A DNA stretch of 64,000 nt from positions 32,511-96,510 of IMG/VR virus record IMGVR_UViG_3300045988_034541. One strand, 5' to 3'. The translations under genes and the position numbers were made by a program. How positions within the stretch are numbered: the first letter of the stretch is position 1; the number at the start of each line of letters is the position of its first letter. The DNA comes from a virus. This document shows positions 10,040 through 20,214 of the stretch, in pieces. The notes under the pieces are model-generated. The model searched no databases. It had not been told where the DNA came from and was given only the letters and a program-made list of their open reading frames with translations.

Positions 10040-10301
10040 GGTTCTTGTATCGTTCTGTAATATTAATTAAATCCTTGTTGTCATGCAGTAACTCTAAGAA
10101 AGCCTTGTCTACTGCTATATCAAATGCAGTATTAGTAATGATTGGTTCTTTATGCACTCTCTCAATCTCTTCTCTAATCATTTGTTCAGATAATTGAGTG
10201 TATAATCGTCTGGTATAATCATTATACCAAGGCTCTTTAAATGTTACTATAATTTCTTCTCCTGTCATAAATATATTGTCTTTAGTAATCCAGGTAGGCA
10301 A
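10032..10301 (-). CDS. hypothetical protein
   Basis: 89-aa ORF. Confidence 0.4.
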   Translation of the reverse strand: MPTWITKDNIFMTGEEIIVTFKEPWYNDYTRRLYTQLSEQMIREEIERVHKEPIITNTAFDIAVDKAFLELLHDNKDLINITERYKNHE

Positions 10302-10371
10302 TACTTCCAGCCTGGATATATGTACGCATTCCTATATAATGCTTCTTCTACTAATTCTACTTCTTGTGTTA

Positions 10372-10683
10372 TCATTGATTAGCCTTTGCTCTTGCTAAAT
10401 AGTCTCTAGTTTGCCATCTGCCATCATATTCCATATCCCATGGAGCTACCTTATTTAGTATTTGTAGTAGCTCCTCACCACTTATAGAGTCTCTATGTTT
10501 GAGTGTATGAAGTATTTCATCCTTAAGGTTTCTAATATAGAAGTCTCTCATATGTATGTTAGCATATAATTCCTTTATATAATCCCTCATATACTCTGCT
10601 AATTCATAGTCATTAGTCTTTAATAATTCTAGAGCTCTCTGGTCTACATTATCATAATCACCTGGTATCTGTTCTAGTTTCAT
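10372..10683 (-). CDS. hypothetical protein
   Basis: 103-aa ORF. Confidence 0.45.
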   Translation of the reverse strand: MKLEQIPGDYDNVDQRALELLKTNDYELAEYMRDYIKELYANIHMRDFYIRNLKDEILHTLKHRDSISGEELLQILNKVAPWDMEYDGRWQTRDYLARAKANQ

Positions 10684-11054
10684 TGAAGTTTCTCTAAGTT
10701 CTTTACTATCGTGAATAGCTCATCTGGTTCGAATGATGTGATATCATTAATAACATCAACCATATACTCTTTAACTTCATCTAGAGTCATTATTTTAAAT
10801 TCATCCTTAGATAGACCTTTAGTTTTGATAAATTTACTAAATATGTCTATAATCTGGACTAAGTTGTGCTTATCTTGTAAATAGAACTCACCCTTCTCTG
10901 GATGAGATGCTAATTTAAATATATCTGCATTATCTGTAATTACTTGTTCATATTCCTCATCACTAAGAAGATTCATTAACGCTACAGCTTTATCATATAG
11001 CAATTTAACTTCCTTCTCTTCATACTGCTTATTAATTCTATCAATATGTCTCAT
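10680..11054 (-). CDS. hypothetical protein
   Basis: 124-aa ORF; 4-bp overlap with the downstream gene. Confidence 0.45.
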   Translation of the reverse strand: MRHIDRINKQYEEKEVKLLYDKAVALMNLLSDEEYEQVITDNADIFKLASHPEKGEFYLQDKHNLVQIIDIFSKFIKTKGLSKDEFKIMTLDEVKEYMVDVINDITSFEPDELFTIVKNLEKLQ

Positions 11055-11056
11055 TA

Positions 11057-11311
11057 TTAGCGAATGTTATTATAAATGCAAGATAGTTGCATTAAATATT
11101 CAATACCAGCTCCATTAGCTAGTCCGTCTTGCAATTTATTTAATAATTCTAATTTTACATCTGTTGTTTTATTGTCTAACTTCACCCAGTTAGTTGCCTT
11201 TGATTCATTACATCCTAAATCAGTATTTACTGGACATTCTGACAAACTAGTCTTTAATATTTTTACTTCATCTACTTCTTTACTTGTTAAGTCTTTAACT
11301 TCTTTAGCCAT
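11057..11311 (-). CDS. hypothetical protein
   Basis: 84-aa ORF, first gene of the minus-strand block. Confidence 0.4.
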   Translation of the reverse strand: MAKEVKDLTSKEVDEVKILKTSLSECPVNTDLGCNESKATNWVKLDNKTTDVKLELLNKLQDGLANGAGIEYLMQLSCIYNNIR

Positions 11312-11441
11312 TGGTATAAATTTTAGTTATTGTTAATAATTCTGATTTAAGTTCGCAAATATATTATTATTTAATTTGACAATACAAAATTAGTTATATA
11401 TTTCAATATTACCAAATGGTAATATAATTATTAATATATAT

Positions 11442-11658
11442 TATATATTGCCAACTCAAATTCACAGTTAATATTAAGTATATTGCCAACTCGGAACTCT
11501 ATGACGCGCTGTGGCAATCTGCGCCCCTTCGGGGCTTGCTTGCAATTAGTAAGATGAATAGAAATTAATATATATTGCCAACTCACAAGTACGGGTGCTC
11601 AAAATCACACCCCCCTCCCACTCCCGGGGTGGGTTATCATATTATATATTGCCAACTC
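11442..11658. promoter_or_regulatory. divergent regulatory region with 4 direct copies of TATATTGCCAACTC plus GC-rich hairpins
   Basis: Copies at about 11444, 11479, 11571 and 11645. GC hairpins gcccc-ttcg-ggggc (about 11523) and cccac..gtggg (about 11610). The region lies between the divergent gene blocks. Confidence 0.5.
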
Positions 11659-11966
11659 GGATGCTGGGTGAATATTGCAAGATTTGTGTATATTGCGGAT
11701 ACGACAGTCGTGTTACCCTTCACACCCCTCACCCATGTTTGGAGAAAATCAAAAGATTTATATCATTTGGTTTTGCTTTATAATATTCATTTTAAAATTA
11801 TTAGCTTATGTACACTATTTTATCAAACGGTTTAGTTCGTGTTAATTTTACAGGTTGTTATATCACAATGTCAGAATATAAAGAACTAATTGCAGGCGTA
11901 TAAAATTAAATCAAGAACGAGCAAATAAGCTCGTTCTATATTGTTTCACTAATAAATTATTAAACT

Positions 11967-12449
11967 ATGAATTTAGCAGAATTACAAGAAGTTAACAAGA
12001 AGTTACCGAAAGCAAGCAAGAACGAAATTGCAGCGGCTCTAAACCGTTTGGGTGTAAATCCTGATTCTATCAAGGTAGGCGACAAATTGAAGTTTCCCGC
12101 TGAAATTAACGAATTTAACGGAACAATCACAAAGGGAGTTGTAAACGGTAATACATTCTTTCAAGTTGCCGTAGAGGTTAACGGAACGGCAAGAAACGTG
12201 TCTATCAATTCTTTGTTCCGGTCTTTTAACGACCGTGAAAACAACAAGCGTATTACACCGGTTGACATTCTTCCAGAGGCGGACAAAGATAAATGTATTT
12301 TCACTATGTTTGAAAATAAGACAATAGCGGAATGTCTTACAGATTTACAAGGTACGGAAGTAACCGCAAAGGCGATAGAAACGTTTGAAAGCGTCGCAAG
12401 GGACGGCAGCCAAATGAACGTAAATGTTATTGCATATTGTAAGGAATAA
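11967..12449 (+). CDS. hypothetical protein
   Basis: 160-aa ORF, first gene after the regulatory region. Confidence 0.5.
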   Translation: MNLAELQEVNKKLPKASKNEIAAALNRLGVNPDSIKVGDKLKFPAEINEFNGTITKGVVNGNTFFQVAVEVNGTARNVSINSLFRSFNDRENNKRITPVDILPEADKDKCIFTMFENKTIAECLTDLQGTEVTAKAIETFESVARDGSQMNVNVIAYCKE

Positions 12450-12846
12450 CAAAGTACTTCTTATTGAAAGGCACATTTAGAAAGTCTATTTGTGTCTTTC
12501 TTTTTATCATGCTTATTCAGATATATTTGTTAGTATGTAGTTAGCTGAATAGTGAAATGAAAGCGAAGAAATCAAAATTAAGAACTGTATTTGGACGTAA
12601 TCGGAACGATGCAATTCATGCAAATAATGGTATAATGTATAAACTGACAAATCCTCTGTTTGAGGAAGCAGTAGGCTATTATTTGCTTGAACAAATCTCC
12701 ACTTGGAGTGGGACAAGATATAAAGTACTAAAGTACGTAGTTCAGACCGTTTGAATGTGTAAAATGAATATTATTAAGAGTATGTAGGTCTGTGATAGAT
12801 ATACATGCTCACCTTTTATTCGAGTTGACAATAATACTATATATTT

Positions 12847-13101
12847 ATGGACTACATCGAAGACGATTTCACAGATGCTCTAATTGATGCAATTTGTGAG
12901 AAATCACCAAGCACTTGGTATACCTTAATAGGAGAGAACTTTGACCCAGACGAAGAGACAATAGTCAAGGAAGCTGACAATAAGAAGGACATTGAAGATG
13001 CATTTAATGAAAGCAAAGACGACTTTGATTTATTATATGTAGTACTTAATGATGAATCTTATGCGGCATGTTCCAAAGGCTCTAAACTTATTTGGAAGTA
13101 A
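12847..13101 (+). CDS. small acidic protein
   Basis: 84 aa, rich in D/E. Confidence 0.4.
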   Translation: MDYIEDDFTDALIDAICEKSPSTWYTLIGENFDPDEETIVKEADNKKDIEDAFNESKDDFDLLYVVLNDESYAACSKGSKLIWK

Positions 13102-13118
13102 ATAACGATTAAAACCTC

Positions 13119-13436
13119 ATGGTGTATAGGTTAACCATGCGCACATTTATGGTATTCGAATACGTTCATTCAAGCGGAATTAAACTACGTCCGGCTAGAC
13201 CTTTAACTAACAGCATATTATACATTTACAATCCAATTGGCAACGAATGGATGCATTTGTGTAAAGAGGACATACATGGACACCTAGAGCTATTGACATG
13301 CTTTAGTAATGGTGCTACTATGTATCAAGTAATTGAAGGTCTTAAGAAGGTAGTAGAGTACTGGGGAGATGACTATCTCGTAGGTCGCAGAGACTTTTAC
13401 AAAGAGATTATAGACATCTATTCCTCACACCGATAA
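13119..13436 (+). CDS. hypothetical protein
   Basis: 105-aa ORF. Confidence 0.4.
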   Translation: MVYRLTMRTFMVFEYVHSSGIKLRPARPLTNSILYIYNPIGNEWMHLCKEDIHGHLELLTCFSNGATMYQVIEGLKKVVEYWGDDYLVGRRDFYKEIIDIYSSHR

Positions 13437-14038
13437 CATCACAGGGTTTAGCTCTTCTAAGTAGTTGCAAATGCTTGGAATCCTTTACGTGCAAAATGGA
13501 CATAATGCATGTATTGCCCAAATTAAGACGTTCCTGCTTCACGCGTTAAAGCAGGAGTCCACTTATGTTCAATTTTAAGGGTTCTTCTTGTTAAGAACTT
13601 GAAGAACTCACTTTAACTTATGTTTTTATATTTTTAAGAATTATGGGTGAGTTACTTTGGTCGGTACTTACCCTAAAAATTGAAGTTAAATTCTCTCCCT
13701 GTCCGAAAGGACCATTTTAAGGCTAAGTAAATTTAGACCAATACAAGTGTGTTTTGTATAAGTTTATGATGCCTTGGGAGAGCAGTTGGATAGGTCTGTA
13801 AAACTATCACTCATGGCTCTGATATAGTAACCCTGAGCAAGTAAATTATCAATAACACACATTGATTAATTCGCTATACAACCTGAAAAGACAGGCATTT
13901 AAAAAACTCAATAACTTCCCAAGACATTGAGGGCACCAGTTTCTTGTAGGTTACGCATGTGAGGACAAATATACTCCTTGCGATATAAGTTTTAGGTGTA
14001 AAATGCAACCACTAGAAACCTCACACTGAATAGGTAAA

Positions 14039-14338
14039 GTGTACATAGTTATGAGTAAATACGATGATTGTCACAGAGTTGACAATAGATATACCACAGC
14101 TATAGGAATGAGCGTGTGGAGATTCTTTAACATTGGCAAATATAAGAATCAGAAAGTGAAAGACGTCTGTTACTTTAATCCATTCTATGTAGCATGGTGT
14201 CTGGAGAGCTGGCAGGGATTTAGTCTTACTAGCTACGAACGTTCCAATTACATGAAAGGATTAGAACGTCAGTTAGAGAAAGACCCTGAAGACCAAGAAC
14301 TCATCTTAAAGGTGAGTAAATGTAAAACCATTGTATGA
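14039..14338 (+). CDS. hypothetical protein
   Basis: 99-aa ORF flanked by long non-coding stretches. Confidence 0.35.
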   Translation: MYIVMSKYDDCHRVDNRYTTAIGMSVWRFFNIGKYKNQKVKDVCYFNPFYVAWCLESWQGFSLTSYERSNYMKGLERQLEKDPEDQELILKVSKCKTIV

Positions 14339-14677
14339 TTACTTTCGTAGGAATAATATAATCTACCACCATAATGGGTACGCCCGGAGACTAATGCAGA
14401 GCATCTCTTATACCAAACAGTATCTTCCTTTAATACTGGAGAGATGTCTTATCGTGAGATAAGGCAAAGGAGTGTGGCACAGGAAGGTGGATTCCTTTAC
14501 TTGTAATAATATTTTTGTTCGTTTTATTACAGCATATCCTCCCGTGACGGGAGTGGCATCATGACTAAGCCTTTACGTGGCGATGCTATAAGTAAGTCAA
14601 TAGACTGAAACTAATTAGTTCTTTATTAACGTTTCACTAAAACCTCGTGAGTGTATAGGTAACTCATTAGATTAATT

Positions 14678-15484
14678 ATGAAGACATTAAAACCATCTCT
14701 CAAGTTCAGTGTAGTAGAAATCACACCGAAAGATGCAGAAGTACTATTGTCAAAGTATTTGCACAATCGGCCTATTTCTAGAGACAATATCAACAAGTAT
14801 GCTATTCAAATGTCTGAAGGTAAATGGCATTTGAACGGTGAGGCAATCATTATAAATGATAAAGGTCTTACTGATAACGGCTATCATCGTCTAGCAGCGT
14901 GCATACAGGCAGGTGTTCCATTTCAAACTGTGCTCATAGAAGGTGTTAAACACGAAACTTGGACTACCATAGATACTGGTAAAACAAGAAGTGCAGGTGA
15001 TGTGTTTGGAATCATGGGCATTACTAATCCTACCCAGAAAGCTTCCATTGTGGCTAAATATTACGCTTTGACCAAGGGCTTGAAAGGTTTGGCTGATGCT
15101 GGCGCTCTTCACAGACTTAGAGGGACTGGTCTGACTCGTCAAGATTTGTTGAACATGTACAGAAAGTATGAAACTACCTTTGATGAGGTTACAGGACTTG
15201 CACTCAAGTACAAGAAGTACACTAAAGGATTACTCCATGCATCTATGATTGGTGGTGTAACAGCTTATCTTGTTCTTGATAAGAAGCATAAATTAGATAC
15301 TCTTGACGACTTCTGGAACAAAGTATCTACAAGCACACTTCCGTTGTATACGAGTGGTCGTAATCGTTTGCTGTCTGTGCGTGGTCAGGACAAACAAAAG
15401 GTTGTGACTGACCTGTGGAATAAATATATCTCTTCTAAAGAGAACATCCGCGTTAATATCACGTCTGCAATAATCTTTAAGTAA
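14678..15484 (+). CDS. ParB-like nuclease domain protein
   Basis: The motif KGLTDNGYHRLAACIQAGVPF matches the ParB/sulfiredoxin N-terminal (D)GHHR motif region. Confidence 0.6.
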   Translation: MKTLKPSLKFSVVEITPKDAEVLLSKYLHNRPISRDNINKYAIQMSEGKWHLNGEAIIINDKGLTDNGYHRLAACIQAGVPFQTVLIEGVKHETWTTIDTGKTRSAGDVFGIMGITNPTQKASIVAKYYALTKGLKGLADAGALHRLRGTGLTRQDLLNMYRKYETTFDEVTGLALKYKKYTKGLLHASMIGGVTAYLVLDKKHKLDTLDDFWNKVSTSTLPLYTSGRNRLLSVRGQDKQKVVTDLWNKYISSKENIRVNITSAIIFK

Positions 15485-15523
15485 CCAAAGGAGTGTGAGA
15501 TTTCCATATTTTAAAACCTGGCA

Positions 15524-16063
15524 GTGAGTAGGTTAACTGCCAACTTATCTATGACTAATGAATTAGCAGAGGAATACAGAGAGCTTAAACGTAACTTAAT
15601 ACCCATATTGTTACAGACATGTGGTAAAGAGCGTTTATGTGATGCTGTAGACAAATGGTTATTAGTAAAATCCGGTATCAAAGTAATATCTAAATCATGG
15701 TATGAAGGTGGATTGCCTGGTAAAGAGTATGTGGTAATTAAGGATACTTCAGTACTTGCTAGCTATCCCTCTAAAGGTGCTAATTATGAACATCGTCTTG
15801 CGAGGTATAGAGCCTACACTAAGGCATTTAACCATGTAAGAGAAGAAGGAATACCTTTGGCTCCTATACAGGTTGATAAATTTACCAAAGTACTTGTCAA
15901 TGGAGTAACACTATGCCTTATCGGAACTTTTGAAGGTAAATCAGAGAATGACTTTATCAAAGAGATATCTGGTAAGGTTTACGTAAAGGCAGGTACTGAT
16001 TCGGTAGATGTTATTAATCTACAAACTAGAAGAACTAAAAGATATAAAGTTCAGTACACATGA
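15524..16063 (+). CDS. hypothetical protein
   Basis: 179-aa ORF. Confidence 0.5.
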   Translation: MSRLTANLSMTNELAEEYRELKRNLIPILLQTCGKERLCDAVDKWLLVKSGIKVISKSWYEGGLPGKEYVVIKDTSVLASYPSKGANYEHRLARYRAYTKAFNHVREEGIPLAPIQVDKFTKVLVNGVTLCLIGTFEGKSENDFIKEISGKVYVKAGTDSVDVINLQTRRTKRYKVQYT

Positions 16064-16404
16064 AACTATACTTTAACTATACACAGAACTTCATCCTTGC
16101 AGATTGTGAGGGTGAGATTATTGATATGAGAACTGGCCAGCCTACTGATGCCAAACTACAATCTCGACTTAATAGCTACAAAGATGAAACTACATCTAAG
16201 TGGATTCCTATTAAGGACTTGGGAGATTTGTATGATATGTCAGATAGTGATGTGACAGTTTCTGGCAGCTTAATCACGATGTCCATTGACGGACACAAGG
16301 TTACAGCTAGACATAAGGTGTCAGCAGGAGTTAATTATGTACAACTGACTGGACACTTCCCTCGCTACTTCTGGAAAGGATTTGCTAACTTATTAACTAA
16401 GTAA
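16060..16404 (+). CDS. hypothetical protein
   Basis: 114-aa ORF; overlaps the upstream stop by 4 bp. Confidence 0.45.
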   Translation: MKLYFNYTQNFILADCEGEIIDMRTGQPTDAKLQSRLNSYKDETTSKWIPIKDLGDLYDMSDSDVTVSGSLITMSIDGHKVTARHKVSAGVNYVQLTGHFPRYFWKGFANLLTK

Positions 16405-16650
16405 CAATGTTATCGCAGATACAATTTAGGAAACAGAGAATACCATGTACTCTCAATCATCAATCTATTACTTCTCGTGAAGGTAAGTTGCTTCTTGGGT
16501 TTGGAACTAACCAGCCCATGATGCAACAAGCCGAAAGACAAATTGCCAAATATCAAGTTCCTTATGAGACATCTGATTTAAATGGCATGCTTTCAATCAT
16601 TATTGATTATTCTATTATCAGCAGTGTAACAACAATCTAGCCTTTAAACA

Positions 16651-16893
16651 ATGGATATAAAGAACAGCCCTATAGTTAAACATGCAATTAACAATGACAA
16701 ATCTCTTCTTCCCGGAATCATCGCTTACAGCTGCAAAGAAGCTATGGTAATGGCTAAGAGAGAATGCGGTGATTTTATAGACTTCGCCAAGGAGTGGATA
16801 CAGTCCTCCAAACAGCTTTGCGAAGAAGAGAACATTCCATGGGAACAGATTAGGACAGCAACTGGAGATTCTATTGATAATTATATATCATAA
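16651..16893 (+). CDS. hypothetical protein
   Basis: 80-aa ORF. Confidence 0.4.
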   Translation: MDIKNSPIVKHAINNDKSLLPGIIAYSCKEAMVMAKRECGDFIDFAKEWIQSSKQLCEEENIPWEQIRTATGDSIDNYIS

Positions 16894-17205
16894 TCTCCTT
16901 TCCGTCTAAAAGAGAGTCTGATGAGTCGTTGAAAATTACGACGAAACTTCACTGTGATTTGGCACGTCACGGTGGAGTCACTCTTAACCAATATTAGTAA
17001 TTATGAAACTCACTAAGAATAAGAAAGACAATATAATAATTAGTTCTGCTATTGGAGCATTAGTAATTATTAATATCATGTTGCCTACAGCTGGCGATTT
17101 TACATATGTAGTCGGAGCTATAGGTATTGTTGCGGCCATAGGAGTCTGGTTCTTACCAGACTAATCAAATAATTAATAAATCAAACTCTTTAAATTTAGA
17201 AGGAA

Positions 17206-17829
17206 ATGAAGAAATTACAAGAACGCCTGAAAGCTGGTATTGATTTCAATCCAAAGAAAGACCCATGCTATGATTCTATCGTAGAAGAAGCTGAAACTAT
17301 TCTTGGGCATGTGCTCGATGCCGCTGAAGGCAAAGAAGTTCCTTACAAGAACTTCACTGTTGGTGGCGGTTATGACGAAAGGAAAGACCGTGAAATCGTC
17401 ATTGTTCGTGGTGACGGTGAAGACTTGCTCGTTATGGAAGTTAAAGACGAATCTATTCGTGTTCAACCTCATGAACGTCATGCTGTCACTCTGAATGAGG
17501 ATGACGAAGCTTCTGCCCGTGAAATCTTTGACATTCTTATGAAAATGAGAGACCAAAAACAAGGCTCAACATTTAAAGTCGAAGAAGGCAAGAAAGCTCT
17601 GTTTGAGTTTCTGAAGGATATATCTAAGGCTATCGGTGCTGATGTTGAAGGTGTTGAAACGCCAGAAGAGCTATTAAAAGCTCTCAAGGCTAGAGAAGAA
17701 GGCAATGAAGGAGCCATAGAAGATTTGATGCGTGAACAACGCATTCATCTTACTATGCACATGCTTGACTGTTCCCGTGAGAAGGCAGAGAAGATTGTAA
17801 AGAACTTTGAAGAAGCTGTGAAGCGTTAA
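17206..17829 (+). CDS. hypothetical acidic protein
   Basis: 207-aa ORF. Confidence 0.5.
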   Translation: MKKLQERLKAGIDFNPKKDPCYDSIVEEAETILGHVLDAAEGKEVPYKNFTVGGGYDERKDREIVIVRGDGEDLLVMEVKDESIRVQPHERHAVTLNEDDEASAREIFDILMKMRDQKQGSTFKVEEGKKALFEFLKDISKAIGADVEGVETPEELLKALKAREEGNEGAIEDLMREQRIHLTMHMLDCSREKAEKIVKNFEEAVKR

Positions 17830-17839
17830 TAATGCCAAG

Positions 17840-17908
17840 AGAGGATTAGTTTAATGGTAGAAGGCTAGTTGCGAACTGGCGGAGGGAGTTCGAATCTCCC
17901 ATCCTCTC
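17840..17908 (+). tRNA. tRNA, anticodon probably GCG (Arg); D-arm atypical
   Basis: Acceptor agaggat/atcctct, T-arm gggag-ttcgaat-ctccc, anticodon stem gctag/ctggc with loop ttgcgaa. Confidence 0.55.
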
Positions 17909-17990
17909 CCAATCATTTTAAAGTTTTGTATAGTTTAGGCTTGCCCCAGTCATGTTGTGAAACACACTTGGGCTTTTAATTAATAAGTGT

Positions 17991-18344
17991 ATGAATCAGA
18001 ATGCAGTTAATTCTTTAAGGAATGCCAAGAGGCATATTCTTATTAGCGATGTTGATAAGTTCAATAGCCATTTATTGTATTACATATTAAATGTTATATA
18101 TGGAACACATGACCATATTAAATTAAATACGATACGTGAAAGACTTGAACGTGAGCTTAAATGGTCATTGGATGAGCATATTCCTGATAAGGATGTAATT
18201 AGAGAATGGCTTGACAATGATTACCCTCTTATATGCATAACAGAGTTATCGTTTGACAGTTGTATTAAACTTGCCAACGATTTCCCAGATTATGAAATTG
18301 TAGTTTATAGTTGGATGAAACATGAAGGGAACTTACCATTTTAA
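17991..18344 (+). CDS. hypothetical protein
   Basis: 117-aa ORF. Confidence 0.45.
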   Translation: MNQNAVNSLRNAKRHILISDVDKFNSHLLYYILNVIYGTHDHIKLNTIRERLERELKWSLDEHIPDKDVIREWLDNDYPLICITELSFDSCIKLANDFPDYEIVVYSWMKHEGNLPF

Positions 18345-18480
18345 ATGGAATAAAAATAACTCCTAGGCTATTAAGTCTGTAATGGGTACGCTACTCAATG
18401 TAGCACAGGAAGATACTGATAGCTTTTTTGTTCAGGTTTGAGAGACCTCCTGGCATGAGAGGATAATCATGCCGTTCTAT

Positions 18481-19030
18481 GGGCCTAGATTTGGTTTTGA
18501 CAGGCGATTACAAGTTAGTAAGACGTGTAGAGTTCGTACCAACTCTTTAATAATGATACAGCAATTTAAGTGGAAACACTGAAGTAAGAATGGCAGCCTA
18601 AGCTGCTGGCTTATCTATTAATTTAGCTCTAAGTCGGGTTAATTGGAGAGACCTAGAAACAGAAGAGGTGTGGGAAGAAGCGTATAGAGCAGCCCACTTA
18701 ACTTGAAAGCCAAAGGTTAGTAAAGCTGAAATCTCCACTACCTATCTATGGGTTACAAATAGAAACGTTCTCCAACGTAAATGGAGTGGTGGAGCGACCG
18801 TTCGGTCAAGCCCAGGTTTGGAAGCGTCAGCTTCTGAACCTTTAAGTTTGGTAGTTTGTGAACAACTAAGTCGTAGCCCTACGAGGGAGACGTAATTGGT
18901 GAATTAACACTCGGCTTCTTAGTAAAACTACCTACATGCTGAACTCAACAGCTGATGTAATAAAATAGAGACACACGTAATCTTATTAATGAGGGTTGTT
19001 TGGACGGCGGTTCGACTCCGCCTAGGTCCA
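18481..19030 (+). ncRNA. ssrA: tmRNA (SsrA-like)
   Basis: 5' end GGGCCUAGAUUUGGUUUUGACAGG matches the tmRNA 5' consensus (GGGGCUGAUUCUGGAUUCGACGGG). 3' end GGACGGCGGUUCGACUCCGCCUAGGUCCAC matches the tRNA-like 3' domain. The acceptor pairs 18481-18487 with 19023-19029. Candidate tag frame ...NTEVRMAA ends in TAA (18603-18605), inside the hairpin GCAGCcuaaGCUGC. No ORFs in this 550-nt span. Confidence 0.75.
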
Positions 19031-19058
19031 CTATTATTAACGTTTAAATATCAATTTT

Positions 19059-19412
19059 ATGGGATTATTTATTATTGCAGTGATTGTTTTACTTATTTGT
19101 GTATGTCTTTCGCGAGTAGGGTCTAAAGACCTAAGAGAAGTTGCAGTGGCAGTTGAGATTGTATTCTCAATAGCAACAGTTGGGGCAGCGATTTCATTAC
19201 CATTCGCTATTACAAGGAATATTCAAATTATTGGCAAGCACGCAGTGCTCAAAGAAACATTGGAGGCTACTGATAGGAAGAATTACTATCTTATATCTAG
19301 TGATGTCTTAAGGCTTAATTATACCATCATGAATCATAGGAACTTTGTAGACAACTTCTGGATTGGGATATGGTATGATAAGGACGTAGCTAAATTGGAA
19401 CTATTAAAATGA
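19059..19412 (+). CDS. membrane protein
   Basis: 117 aa with a hydrophobic N-terminal half. Confidence 0.45.
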   Translation: MGLFIIAVIVLLICVCLSRVGSKDLREVAVAVEIVFSIATVGAAISLPFAITRNIQIIGKHAVLKETLEATDRKNYYLISSDVLRLNYTIMNHRNFVDNFWIGIWYDKDVAKLELLK

Positions 19413-19690
19413 AAGCAAGGTTATTAAAGAAACTTCGCAAGGAGTCAAAGAAGCTGAAATTAATAAGAGGTGAGGATTATCAATACATAGTTACTGATAG
19501 TCCTCATGACATATTAAGACCAAAGCTTGATACTTACTACAGTGGCACATACTACTGTGGTCAAGAATTATTATTTGACGAAGATGTAATTGCATGGTTA
19601 CATCAATGCAGACGTAATTGGATTCTGTCCGAGGTTAAACGAATGCGTGTACATCTGCGTAAATCTCGAATTAGAATATATAAAGAGTAA
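19409..19690 (+). CDS. hypothetical basic protein
   Basis: 93-aa ORF. Confidence 0.45.
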   Translation: MKARLLKKLRKESKKLKLIRGEDYQYIVTDSPHDILRPKLDTYYSGTYYCGQELLFDEDVIAWLHQCRRNWILSEVKRMRVHLRKSRIRIYKE

Positions 19691-19716
19691 TTGTTTCACT
19701 AAAAGTTATTGAAATT

Positions 19717-20214
19717 ATGGGAAAGAGGTCAATATCCGATGATGACATCGTTCGGATTTTTAACACGGTAAAGGCAATGAATCCTGGGCCTTTTAAGATT
19801 ACAGATGTAGTCAGGGATTTAAAGAAGAATGGCTTCCCAAGGCCAGAGAACTTCATGGCTGTTTTGCGTAAGCAGGGAGTGATTGAACCTGACGGTGCTA
19901 TCTATACTAAAGGATTTATGTGGAAAGAACATGGCCCTTTGTATAAGACTAGAGTCATTGAATTGATAACTATCAGCAGGAAAGAAATGGCTAAGATACA
20001 GAGAGATGCATATGCTAAGAGAATGGCTATTAAAGCTGGCACTTACGTAGCACCTCCTAAACCTAAGCCACAAGCTGAAATGGAAGCTGTTACAGAAGCG
20101 GAAGAAGACAAACATCTGATTCCTATTACACAGGCTGAAATGGAAGCAATCAAATTCCTGAAATCGAGAGGTTATAGAATCACTAAATTAATAACAGTTG
20201 AACAGATAGTATGA
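19717..20214 (+). CDS. hypothetical protein
   Basis: 165-aa ORF. Confidence 0.5.
   Translation: MGKRSISDDDIVRIFNTVKAMNPGPFKITDVVRDLKKNGFPRPENFMAVLRKQGVIEPDGAIYTKGFMWKEHGPLYKTRVIELITISRKEMAKIQRDAYAKRMAIKAGTYVAPPKPKPQAEMEAVTEAEEDKHLIPITQAEMEAIKFLKSRGYRITKLITVEQIV

Noticed and set aside
11442-11658. Possible CRISPR array, because of the repeated 14-mer
   Set aside because: The repeats are only 14 nt, the spacing is irregular (35, 92, 74 nt), and no cas genes are present. A promoter or iteron cluster is more likely.
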